A stretch of DNA of 64,000 nt from the NCBI GenBank assembly GCA_963700635.1, contig CAVOYH010000005.1, forward strand, positions 32,001 to 96,000, written 5' to 3'. This document shows positions 29,152-38,134 of this stretch, in pieces (within the stretch, counting starts at the first letter, position 1; the number at the start of each line of letters is the position of its first letter). The notes under the pieces were generated by a model that did not search any database, was not told the origin of the DNA, and worked only from the letters and a program-made list of their open reading frames with translations. This DNA is from an uncultured Bacteroidota bacterium (lineage in GTDB: Bacteria; Bacteroidota; Ignavibacteria; UBA10030; UBA6906). The position numbers and the translations under genes are program-made.

Positions 29152-29195
29152 ACAGCCGCATGCTCTACCATTGAGCTATCGCGGAATAACTCAAG

Positions 29196-29224
29196 AATAT
29201 ACGGAAGACCCGCAACATTGTCAA
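29196..29224 (-). promoter_or_regulatory. Sigma70 promoter of tRNA-Asn
   Basis: TTGACA-17 nt-TATATT, ending 10 nt before the tRNA 5' end. Confidence 0.85.
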
Positions 29225-29361
29225 CCCGGTCTTACGGAATCAATGGGGCCGGACCAGGGTCACCATCCCTTGCATTTGCCCTCCCCCTCAACGATCTTAT
29301 TCCATTCATTCCGCACAGTCAGAGGCATCCCCGACACTGACAAGAAGGACCTTCCTTCCGT

Positions 29362-32300
29362 ATGATCGGCAAAATCATTCAACTGGGTCTTGCTCTGATG
29401 CTGCCCGCGTCTCTGTCAGCACAATCCACCCCGCGCGAATTCCACGTGGCCCCCGTGGGGAACGACGCGAACCCCGGCAGTATCACAAAACCGTTCAGAA
29501 CATTCCTGCGGGCCCGCAATGCCGTCCGCGCCCTGCGGCTCCAACATCCCGATCTCACTGACACCGTAAGGGTGTTCTTCCATGAAGGCCAGTACTTCAT
29601 CGAGACACCCCTGCAGATAGATCCTGATGACAGCGGAACACCTTCATCTCCCACACTGTACACAGCGTACGGCAGCGAACGCCCTACGGTAAGCGGGGGA
29701 GTCAGGGTGACCGGCTGGAAACCGACAGTATTCGATACCAGGAAGGTCTGGAGCGCCGATGTGCCGGTGGCTGTCCGCCGCGCCCGGCCCCGATTCCAGG
29801 AACTCTGGATCAACGGACAACGCCGTACTCCAGCGCGGCACCCCGACAGCGGGTATCTCACACTCGTTTCCGCCCCGGATGTCACGCCGTCAACCCATTG
29901 GATGGACGGCCAGACATCGTTCACGGTCCGGCAGGGAGATATTCCGGCCGATATGGACCTCAGCGGGGGGCTCGTCGTGGCAACAAATCGGTGGGTGGAA
30001 TCACATCTTCCGGTTCGTTCATTTGATCCGAAACGCAACCTCTTCCAATTCACACGTCGCACAGTGTTCCGGACCGACCCGGATGATCTGTACTATGTTG
30101 TGCATGCCCGGGGTGCCTTCGACACGCCGGGAGAATGGTGGCTCGACACGAATCGGGGGAAGGTCTACTATTTTCCTCTTCCCGGCGAATCAATCAAATC
30201 GGTGGATGGTGTCGTCCCACTTCTCGGTCAGATTTTGCTTGTCAGGGGGACCCCCCGCGAGGATCGATGGGTGGAACATGTGATATTCCGCGGGATTACG
30301 TTCAGCCACGCTGAATGGTTTTTTCCGGAAGGGTACACAACAGACTCCCGCAATTCCGATGCAGGAGGATTCCTGCAGGCCGCAACAGGTGTCCCGGCCG
30401 CAATAAGCTGCACCGGTATGCGTCACTGCACGTTTTCCCGCTGCACCATTTCACACGTCGGGACCTACGCAATAGCCATGGGAGAGGCCTGTCTTGACAA
30501 TACCATCATGCAGTCCGAACTGACCGATCTCGGAGCCGGTGGCGTGTTTCTCGGACTGAAGACTCTTGAGGACGACCACAAACTTCTGACCCAGCGGAAC
30601 CGGATTCTCGACAATCACATTCATGACGGAGGCCGGATCTTCCATAGTGCAATCGGAATCTGGGTGGGGCAGAGTCCGTTTAACAGAATCGTCCACAACC
30701 ATATCCATGATTTTTATTATACCGGGATCTCGATCGGATGGACCTGGGGATACGGGCCTGCACTGGGTTCGGGTAACCTTGTCGAACGTAATCATGTCCA
30801 TCATATCGGCGTGCGCAGTGACGGCGATGGTCCGATCTTGAGTGACCTGGGTGGTATCTATACGCTTGGATTCCAGCGTGGCACAGTTATTCGAAGAAAT
30901 GTGTTCCACGATATCGCCGCGCGGACCTACGGGGGGTGGGGAATTTATTTTGATGAAGGCAGTACCGGTGCCCTGGCCGAACAGAACCTCGTCTACCGGA
31001 CCCTGCATGGAGGATTCCATCAGCACTACGGGAAGAACAACATTTTTAGAAACAACATCCTTGCATTTGGAGAAGAATACCAGATCCGCAGGGACCGGGT
31101 GGAACCGCATACGAGTTTTGCTTTCGAGAACAATATCGTCTACTGGAACGGGGGGCCACTGTTCTACGGAAATCTGCGTGACGGGGATTTTGTCTTCGAC
31201 AGAAACATCTACTGGCCCACGAAAGGGGAGTTCCGTGCCGATTCGCTGAGTTTTGAAGAATGGCAGGCCTTCGGATTTGACAGACATTCCCGCGTGGCCG
31301 ACCCCTTGTTCGCTGACCCTGCAAAGAACGACTTCCGCTTGCAGCATGGCTCACCCGCGCTGGAACTCGGCTTTAAACCGTGGGATGCCTCTGCAGCACT
31401 TTCTTCCGTGCCGGTCGGAGACGTGACAGCTTCCCCCGTCCGCCCGGGACGACTACTCTATAATAATGACGGATCGAACATTCTTATGGCATACGACTCG
31501 CTGACACCCAAAAGGGCGTATGAACGGATCGATGCGCTCGCCGGACAGGGGGTCAGTACTTTTATCCACAATGTGAATCCCGGGCAGAATCCGGGATATC
31601 CGAGCGGCATCGAGTCAATGTACCACTGGGACAATCCGCCTGCTTATGCAAAAGAGGGGTGGAATCTGCTGGGACGGCGCATGAGCGACAATCTCGCGTC
31701 GTTTGTGCGTGACTCCCTCGATCCGGTCGGAGTCGTCATGGAACGGGCACGGTTGCGGGGAATGGGAGCGTTCCTCTCATTCAGAATGAATGAGCTGCAC
31801 GACGTGGACAAACCAGAGAGCCCGCTCCTGGGCGATTTCTGGAAGGCTCATCCGGAGTGGCGCGTGGGAGGGTATGAAGGATGGGGCAAGGAAGCTCTCA
31901 ACTACGCAATCCCTGAGGTGCGGGAGTATTTTTTCAGTCTGCTGAAAGAAACAGTAACGCGCTACGATCTGGATGGACTCGAACTGGACTTTATGCGATT
32001 CCCGCATTACTTCCCGTGGCGTCCTGACTCCATGTCGGACTTCGCGAAAGTTCTCACCGGGTTTGTGGAAAGGGTGCGTCACCTGACAGACAGCGTTGGC
32101 ACAGAGCGCGGGCATTCCATTCTTCTCGGCGCACGTGTTCCTTCGTCATTACGTGCTTGTGCCCACATGGCTGCCGATCCTGCCTCCTGGTGCCGGCAGG
32201 GGCTGCTGGATTTTCTCACTGTCGCACCGTTCCTGTCAACGGAAATGGACATCCCCGTCGGCGAGTTCAAGGCCGTGTGCGGACCGGTGCCCGTGTACGC

Positions 32301-32898
32301 AGGTCTGGAGTTTACCATCGGTAACCGGCAGATGACCCGGGCGGAAAAACGCGCCGCTGCTGCGTTACTCTATGCCGCCGGCGCCGATGGCATCTATCTC
32401 TTCAACTACTTTGTGGCCTGGGATGTGGGGCTTGAACCCGACCTGGAAGTGCTCCCGGAACTTGCTGACCCCCTGCTCCTTGATGGAAAAGATAAACTGT
32501 ATACGGTGGCTGCGCCCTGGTTCCCGGTTCCCGGCATCAGCCAAACATCACAACTCCCACTGGTACTCACGAAAGCCGCGCCGGAGACCCTCACCGTCCG
32601 GATTCATGAACCGGTGATGCCAGAGTCTGCAGTACTGAGAATCGAGTGCAGCGAAGCTGTTTCGGCCGGTGACATGCGTCTCGTGTTCAACGGCGTCGAG
32701 CTTGAACAGGGCAAGAAACCCTCGTCGCCGCAGATCTTCCCGGAAAAAGTATTCCGGCAACTCCCCGATGTGTCGAAGACGGTAGAGTACATCATTGAGG
32801 GTTCAGCACTGAGGGAAGAAAACAGCATCAGCATACACGCTCTGGCACCGCTCCGGGTGGAGTGGGTGTATCTGGGCGTGAAGCACGGGGAAGAATGA
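29362..32898 (+). CDS. Secreted CAZyme fusion: right-handed beta-helix (GH141-like) plus TIM-barrel GHL10-like domain
   Basis: Signal peptide; GNDANPGS..KPF.T; DLGGIYTLG and GIYFDEGS beta-helix; second module YNNDG...SFRMNE.H...YDLDGLELDFMR. Confidence 0.8.
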   Translation: MIGKIIQLGLALMLPASLSAQSTPREFHVAPVGNDANPGSITKPFRTFLRARNAVRALRLQHPDLTDTVRVFFHEGQYFIETPLQIDPDDSGTPSSPTLYTAYGSERPTVSGGVRVTGWKPTVFDTRKVWSADVPVAVRRARPRFQELWINGQRRTPARHPDSGYLTLVSAPDVTPSTHWMDGQTSFTVRQGDIPADMDLSGGLVVATNRWVESHLPVRSFDPKRNLFQFTRRTVFRTDPDDLYYVVHARGAFDTPGEWWLDTNRGKVYYFPLPGESIKSVDGVVPLLGQILLVRGTPREDRWVEHVIFRGITFSHAEWFFPEGYTTDSRNSDAGGFLQAATGVPAAISCTGMRHCTFSRCTISHVGTYAIAMGEACLDNTIMQSELTDLGAGGVFLGLKTLEDDHKLLTQRNRILDNHIHDGGRIFHSAIGIWVGQSPFNRIVHNHIHDFYYTGISIGWTWGYGPALGSGNLVERNHVHHIGVRSDGDGPILSDLGGIYTLGFQRGTVIRRNVFHDIAARTYGGWGIYFDEGSTGALAEQNLVYRTLHGGFHQHYGKNNIFRNNILAFGEEYQIRRDRVEPHTSFAFENNIVYWNGGPLFYGNLRDGDFVFDRNIYWPTKGEFRADSLSFEEWQAFGFDRHSRVADPLFADPAKNDFRLQHGSPALELGFKPWDASAALSSVPVGDVTASPVRPGRLLYNNDGSNILMAYDSLTPKRAYERIDALAGQGVSTFIHNVNPGQNPGYPSGIESMYHWDNPPAYAKEGWNLLGRRMSDNLASFVRDSLDPVGVVMERARLRGMGAFLSFRMNELHDVDKPESPLLGDFWKAHPEWRVGGYEGWGKEALNYAIPEVREYFFSLLKETVTRYDLDGLELDFMRFPHYFPWRPDSMSDFAKVLTGFVERVRHLTDSVGTERGHSILLGARVPSSLRACAHMAADPASWCRQGLLDFLTVAPFLSTEMDIPVGEFKAVCGPVPVYAGLEFTIGNRQMTRAEKRAAAALLYAAGADGIYLFNYFVAWDVGLEPDLEVLPELADPLLLDGKDKLYTVAAPWFPVPGISQTSQLPLVLTKAAPETLTVRIHEPVMPESAVLRIECSEAVSAGDMRLVFNGVELEQGKKPSSPQIFPEKVFRQLPDVSKTVEYIIEGSALREENSISIHALAPLRVEWVYLGVKHGEE

Positions 32899-32899
32899 A

Positions 32900-33613
32900 T
32901 CAGAAGCCGAGAAAGAGGATGCCAATCCCCGAAAGGGCGATAACACCCCCGGCGAGGGCATGCATGTAGCGTTCGAGTCGGGAGAAGGGGAGGATTTCGA
33001 CTCCTGCCAGGCCAAGAAACACCATCGAAAGCATCGTACCGATTGTTGTGAGCGCGAAGACCAGTGCCACAAGCACAACACCCACGGTGGAGTGTACCGC
33101 AGCCGGGTACATCAGGATCGGGATCAGTGGCTCACACGGTCCGAAGACAAAAATGCTGAAAATCACCCACGGCGTAAGACTGGCTGACGAATCACGTCCA
33201 TGGGGGTGGACGTGAGCGGTATCGTGACTGTGGGCATGGGAATGGAAATCGCCGTCGGCGTGTGCATGGGTGTGCACGTGAGACTTTGCCCGCAGAGCTC
33301 TCCTGAGGCCCCACACCATGTAGGTTAATCCAAACGCTGTCAGCAACCACGCCGCAACCTCACCCCGCACCGACTCCACCCACTCCAGTTGTGCAAGAAC
33401 ACTTCCGAAGGCGATGCCGAGCGCGCCAATCAGGATGGAACTCCCGACGTGGCCAAGGCCGGAGAGAATGGTGACAAGAAGAGTTTTGACCCGTGACCAT
33501 TTTCCCGCACGGGCCATCGCGACAAAGGGAATGTAGTGATCCGGACCCAGGAGTGTATGAAGAAATCCGAGTGAAGCGGCGGTGCCCATAAGGGCGTATA
33601 GTTCGTGAGACAT
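32900..33613 (-). CDS. His-rich Ni/Co transporter-like membrane protein (UreH/RcnA/NiCoT-related)
   Basis: HTLLGPDH motif, His-rich loop HVHTHAHADGDFHSHAHSH, GPCEPL. Confidence 0.82.
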   Translation of the reverse strand: MSHELYALMGTAASLGFLHTLLGPDHYIPFVAMARAGKWSRVKTLLVTILSGLGHVGSSILIGALGIAFGSVLAQLEWVESVRGEVAAWLLTAFGLTYMVWGLRRALRAKSHVHTHAHADGDFHSHAHSHDTAHVHPHGRDSSASLTPWVIFSIFVFGPCEPLIPILMYPAAVHSTVGVVLVALVFALTTIGTMLSMVFLGLAGVEILPFSRLERYMHALAGGVIALSGIGILFLGF

Positions 33614-33763
33614 TGGTCCGATTGATATGATGATGGCACAAAATAACGAAGAAGCAGAGCAAAGGCAAGGTGGCAGGTTCGACTCAAGACATTGAATCCA
33701 GCCACGCCGTGTCGTATATTGTCGGCGCGAACATCCCTCCCCGGCACAATCGAAAGAAAAACC

Positions 33764-36700
33764 ATGTCTCGTTCAGTAGTACTTGTTTCTGGATTCTCTG
33801 CCTTCGTCCTCCTGCTGTTGAGCTGTTCGGGTTTTGCTGAGTCAAGCTGGTCGATTCCCAAGGAAGCTCCCCTGCTGACCCGGTGGTCCGGAGATGTAAA
33901 TCCCGGGAAACCACTTCCGGAATATCCTCGTCCGCAGATGGTCCGCGCCGAATGGTTGAATTTGAACGGACTCTGGGAATATGACCTGCCGGCGGACCTG
34001 ACAACTCCTCCCTTCGGCAGGCAGCTGGAGAATACCATTCTCGTGCCCTATCCCATCGAATCAGCTCTCTCCGGCGTAATGAAAAGAGCTGAACACCTCT
34101 GGTATCGGCGGACGTTTACCCTCCCGGCTGGATGGAAGGGTAAACGTATTCTCCTCCATTTTGGCGCCGTTGATTGGGAAACCACGGTCTTTGTGAATGG
34201 GAAGGCAATCGGGGATCACCGCGGCGGATACGACGCATTCTCATTCGATATCACTGATGCCCTGCACAAACAGGGGACGCAGGAACTGGTGGTTGGTGTC
34301 TATGACCCCTCCGATGCCGGCGATCAGCCGCGCGGAAAGCAGGTGCGCAAGCCCGGGGGAATCTGGTATACACCATGCACAGGTATCTGGCAAACCGTCT
34401 GGTGCGAACCGGTTTCTGCATCCTTTATCACGCAGGTCCGGATCGTCCCGGGAAGCGAACTAAAACATTTCAGCCTGACAGTAAGCACCCGCATGGGAGG
34501 GGAAGCGGACAGTTTTCGTGTCACCGTGCTGGATGGAAAAAAACGGGTGGCGCGGGCTGGCGGACGGGTCGGGAAACAATTGGACATCTCTGTCCCCTCG
34601 CCCAAACTCTGGTCTCCGGAGTCCCCGTTTTTGTATGATATCCGGATTTCACTGTTAAAGGGCGGAAGAACGATTGACGAAGTTTCAAGTTATGCGGGAA
34701 TGCGGAACGTCGGCGTCATGCGCGATGAGCGCGGGATCCAGCGGCTCACGCTCAACGGCAAACCCTGTTTCCAGGTAGGACCGCTGGATCAGGGCTTCTG
34801 GCCGGACGGCATCTACACGGCTCCGACCGATGCCGCCCTCCGGTACGATATTGAAATTACGAAGAAGCTGGGTTTCAACATGACGCGGAAACACGTAAAG
34901 GTCGAACCGGCCCGCTGGTACTATTGGGCTGACCGTCTCGGCCTCCTCGTTTGGCAGGACATGCCCAGCGCGAACAATACAACGCCGGAATCCCGACAAC
35001 AATTTGAGACCGAGCTGGAACGGCTCGTGGAGAGTCATCAGATCCATCCTTCCATCGTCATGTGGGTTGTATTTAACGAGGGATGGGGTCAGTACGACAC
35101 GGAGCGACTCGCACTGCGGGTCAAACAGCTCGACCCGACACGGCTGGTCAACAATGCAAGCGGCTGGACGGACAAGAACGCCGGAGATGTTCTGGATATT
35201 CACTCTTACCCGGCACCCCGCTCGCCCGAACCGGAATCAACACGTGCGACGGTCCTGGGCGAATTCGGCGGGTTGGGACTGGCGGTCTCCGGGCACACGT
35301 GGAAGAAGGAACACTGGGGTTACCAGGGGATGGCAAATGCTGACGCGTTGATCGTCAAATATGAAGAGTTCCTGAACACGATTTATACCCTGCATGAGAC
35401 ACCGGGTTTGAGCGCGGCTGTCTATACGCAACTCACCGACGTGGAGGTTGAGTGTAACGGGCTCCTGACCTATGATAGACAGGTGGTAAAAGCGCCCGAA
35501 GATCGTTTTGCACGGGCAAACAGGGGAACGGACGTTCTGGAAAAAACAGACAGACAGGTTTCGGTAGTCCCGGTTATTCTGCCCCGCAAGCGGTCCACCG
35601 CTGAAGGTGCAAATCGCGAGCCGCTCGTCCGGAGCCCGCTGAGCAAACTGCCAATAGGTCAGATTCGTCCCCATGGCTGGCTGCAGGCAATGCTCCAACT
35701 CGAGAAGGAAGGGATGGTCGGCAGGCTGGCTGAGATTTCTCCCTGGCTTGACCGGACGACAAGTGCCTGGGCCAGCACCGAGGGGGAAGGCTCCCGTGGA
35801 TGGGAGGAACTGCCCTACTGGCTCAAAGGGTATGGTGACCTTGCATATGTCCTGGGCGATACGGTGATGCAGGGGGAAGCGCGGTTCTGGATTGATGTTA
35901 TGCTCTTGTCCCAACGTGAAGATGGATGGTTCGGGCCCCGCGCGCTGCTGACAGCGCTGGATGGCAAACCGGATCTCTGGCCGCACATGGTGATGCTCAA
36001 CGTTCTACAGTCTTTTTATGAATATACCCGTGACCCGCGTGTCCTGCCGTTTATGACGCGATACTTCGTGTGGCTGGATCGGCTTCCGGCGGAGACCTTC
36101 GGTGCAGGGTACTGGCCGAAAATGAGGATGGGCGACAATATTGAAAGCGCCCTCTGGCTTTATAATAGAACCGGCGAATCCTGGCTTCTGAACCTCGCGG
36201 AAAAAATGCACACCCACATGGCCCGCTGGGACCGTGACGTTATTAACTGGCACAATGTGAACATCGCACAGGGCTTCCGGGCTCCCGCGATGTTTTATCC
36301 TGCTGCTCATGACTACTCTCTTTACCGGGCCGCGGAACGTAATTACCGGAAGGTGATGGAAGAGTATGGCCAATTCCCGGGTGGCGGGTTCGCAGCCGAT
36401 GAAAATGCCCGCCCCGGTTTTTTTGACCCCCGACAGGGATTCGAAACATGTGGCATCGTAGAGTTTATGCATAGTTTTCAACTGCTTACAAAGGTGGCGG
36501 GAGAAACGATCTGGTCGGACAGATGCGAAGAACTTGCATTCAACAGCCTCCCTGCGGCGCTGACCGCCGATCAGAAAGCGCTTCACTACCTGACCTGCGC
36601 AAACCAGGTCCAACTCGACAAAGGTCATAAGACGCCCGGCATCCAGAACGGTGGGACGATGTTCTCCTTTAGCCCGTTCCAGACGTACAGATGCTGTCAG

Positions 36701-37954
36701 CATAATGTGAGTCATGGCTGGCCTTACTATGCCGAAGAGCTCTGGCTTGCGACCTGGGATGGAGGACTCTGCGCATCATTGTATGCACCGTCCACCGTCG
36801 AGACCAGTCTGGGGGATGGAACCGGAGTAGTCATCAGCGAAGAAACGGGATATCCGTTTGACGGAACGATTCGCTTTACGGTCACATCGGAAAAACCCGT
36901 ACGGTTTCCGCTTTATCTTCGTATCCCCGGATGGTGTGAAAACGTAACCGCCACGATCAATGGCACGCCGGCGTTTGGTGGCTCAAGGCCGGGTGCTTTC
37001 CTGCGCTTTGACCGGACCTGGTCAAAGGGAGATACCGTTTCTCTCGTTCTGCAGATGCCCTTACGGGTGACCCGCTGGAAGAAAAACAACAACGCGGTGT
37101 CTGTCTCCCGTGGCCCGGTCTATTTCTCACTCCGGATACAGGAACGGTGGGAGCGGTATGGCAGAGAGGGTGTGTGGCCCGAATGGGAAGTGTTTCCGGC
37201 ATCAGCCTGGAACTACGGCCTGGTTCTGGATACGCTTCATCCAGCCCGTTCATTCGTTCTGGAACCTCGCGCAGTTGATCCCTCGGCGTTGCCCTGGACA
37301 TCTGGCGCCATGCCTGTAGCGGTCAAGGCCACGGGGAGAAGAATCTCTGCATGGCAGCAGGATTACAGAGGTCTGGTCGGTGCGCTGCAGAAAAGCCCGG
37401 CCCGGACAACGCTTGCAGAGGAGGCCATCGAGTTGATCCCCATGGGTGCAGCCCGCTTGCGGGTGACCGCATTTCCCACGGTGACCGGCGGACCGGACGG
37501 ATTTGAATGGATTGCGCCACCGAAACCCAGGCCGATTCCATTCAAGATCAGTTATTCGTACATCAACCGTTATGAAGACCCCGAGGCAGTAGCGGATGGA
37601 TTCGAGCCGGAGTCATCGAATGATGAGAGGATAACCCGGATGAGCTGGTGGGACCACAAGGGGACGGCGGAGTGGATCCAGTACGACTTTCCTGAAGCGC
37701 GGGAGGTCTCTTCTGCCTCCGTGTACTGGTATGATGATGGCGATGAGGGGTGGTGCCGGGTGCCCGAATCCTGGCGCATCACACTCCAGAAGGGTGATGA
37801 GTGGGTTCCTGTTGACCCTGCACCCGGGTATACTTTGAAGGTGAATGCCTTTAACACGGTGCTTTTTCCAAAGATGAAGGCGAAGGGAGTTCGTCTTGAG
37901 GTACGATTGCAGAAGGAGTTTACGGCAGGCGTTCTGGAGTGGAAGGTTGAGTGA
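33764..37954 (+). CDS. GH2 plus GH127-like (beta-L-arabinofuranosidase) fusion with C-terminal F5/8-type carbohydrate-binding module
   Basis: EYPRPQ, LHFGAVDW, WVVFNEGWG, GEFGG (GH2); WEELPYW, HNVN, ETC and RCC (GH127 Zn-Cys); N-terminal signal, possibly a lipobox LLSC. Confidence 0.88.
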   Translation: MSRSVVLVSGFSAFVLLLLSCSGFAESSWSIPKEAPLLTRWSGDVNPGKPLPEYPRPQMVRAEWLNLNGLWEYDLPADLTTPPFGRQLENTILVPYPIESALSGVMKRAEHLWYRRTFTLPAGWKGKRILLHFGAVDWETTVFVNGKAIGDHRGGYDAFSFDITDALHKQGTQELVVGVYDPSDAGDQPRGKQVRKPGGIWYTPCTGIWQTVWCEPVSASFITQVRIVPGSELKHFSLTVSTRMGGEADSFRVTVLDGKKRVARAGGRVGKQLDISVPSPKLWSPESPFLYDIRISLLKGGRTIDEVSSYAGMRNVGVMRDERGIQRLTLNGKPCFQVGPLDQGFWPDGIYTAPTDAALRYDIEITKKLGFNMTRKHVKVEPARWYYWADRLGLLVWQDMPSANNTTPESRQQFETELERLVESHQIHPSIVMWVVFNEGWGQYDTERLALRVKQLDPTRLVNNASGWTDKNAGDVLDIHSYPAPRSPEPESTRATVLGEFGGLGLAVSGHTWKKEHWGYQGMANADALIVKYEEFLNTIYTLHETPGLSAAVYTQLTDVEVECNGLLTYDRQVVKAPEDRFARANRGTDVLEKTDRQVSVVPVILPRKRSTAEGANREPLVRSPLSKLPIGQIRPHGWLQAMLQLEKEGMVGRLAEISPWLDRTTSAWASTEGEGSRGWEELPYWLKGYGDLAYVLGDTVMQGEARFWIDVMLLSQREDGWFGPRALLTALDGKPDLWPHMVMLNVLQSFYEYTRDPRVLPFMTRYFVWLDRLPAETFGAGYWPKMRMGDNIESALWLYNRTGESWLLNLAEKMHTHMARWDRDVINWHNVNIAQGFRAPAMFYPAAHDYSLYRAAERNYRKVMEEYGQFPGGGFAADENARPGFFDPRQGFETCGIVEFMHSFQLLTKVAGETIWSDRCEELAFNSLPAALTADQKALHYLTCANQVQLDKGHKTPGIQNGGTMFSFSPFQTYRCCQHNVSHGWPYYAEELWLATWDGGLCASLYAPSTVETSLGDGTGVVISEETGYPFDGTIRFTVTSEKPVRFPLYLRIPGWCENVTATINGTPAFGGSRPGAFLRFDRTWSKGDTVSLVLQMPLRVTRWKKNNNAVSVSRGPVYFSLRIQERWERYGREGVWPEWEVFPASAWNYGLVLDTLHPARSFVLEPRAVDPSALPWTSGAMPVAVKATGRRISAWQQDYRGLVGALQKSPARTTLAEEAIELIPMGAARLRVTAFPTVTGGPDGFEWIAPPKPRPIPFKISYSYINRYEDPEAVADGFEPESSNDERITRMSWWDHKGTAEWIQYDFPEAREVSSASVYWYDDGDEGWCRVPESWRITLQKGDEWVPVDPAPGYTLKVNAFNTVLFPKMKAKGVRLEVRLQKEFTAGVLEWKVE

Positions 37955-38134
37955 GTTCCAGGCCATCCATAAGATGCTGGCATAATGATTGAAGTGATAA
38001 CCCGGTGAAGCGACAAGCATGATATAGTCGGCAGTTTCCTCTCTCCCAGGCAGTGAACCGCGAGGGGATGCTATGCAACGGCTTGATGAATATTAGCCAA
38101 CCGGCTATTGTCAGCCACCGGGAAGGTCTTTTGT

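Larger units (their letters stand above)
28782..29185 (-). tRNA. tRNA-Asn(GUU), intron-split: exon 1 29185-29152, exon 2 28819-28782
   Basis: Spliced 72 nt: TCCGCGA TA GCTC AATGGTA GAGC A TGCGG CTGT^TAA CCGCA GGGTT GCAGG TTCGAGT CCTGC TCGCGGA G; all four stems pair, discriminator G, CCA not encoded. Confidence 0.95.

Noticed and set aside
28896-29340. ORFs 28896..29174 and 29071..29340 on the + strand
   Set aside because: Antisense to the tRNA and intron; explained by the RNA gene.
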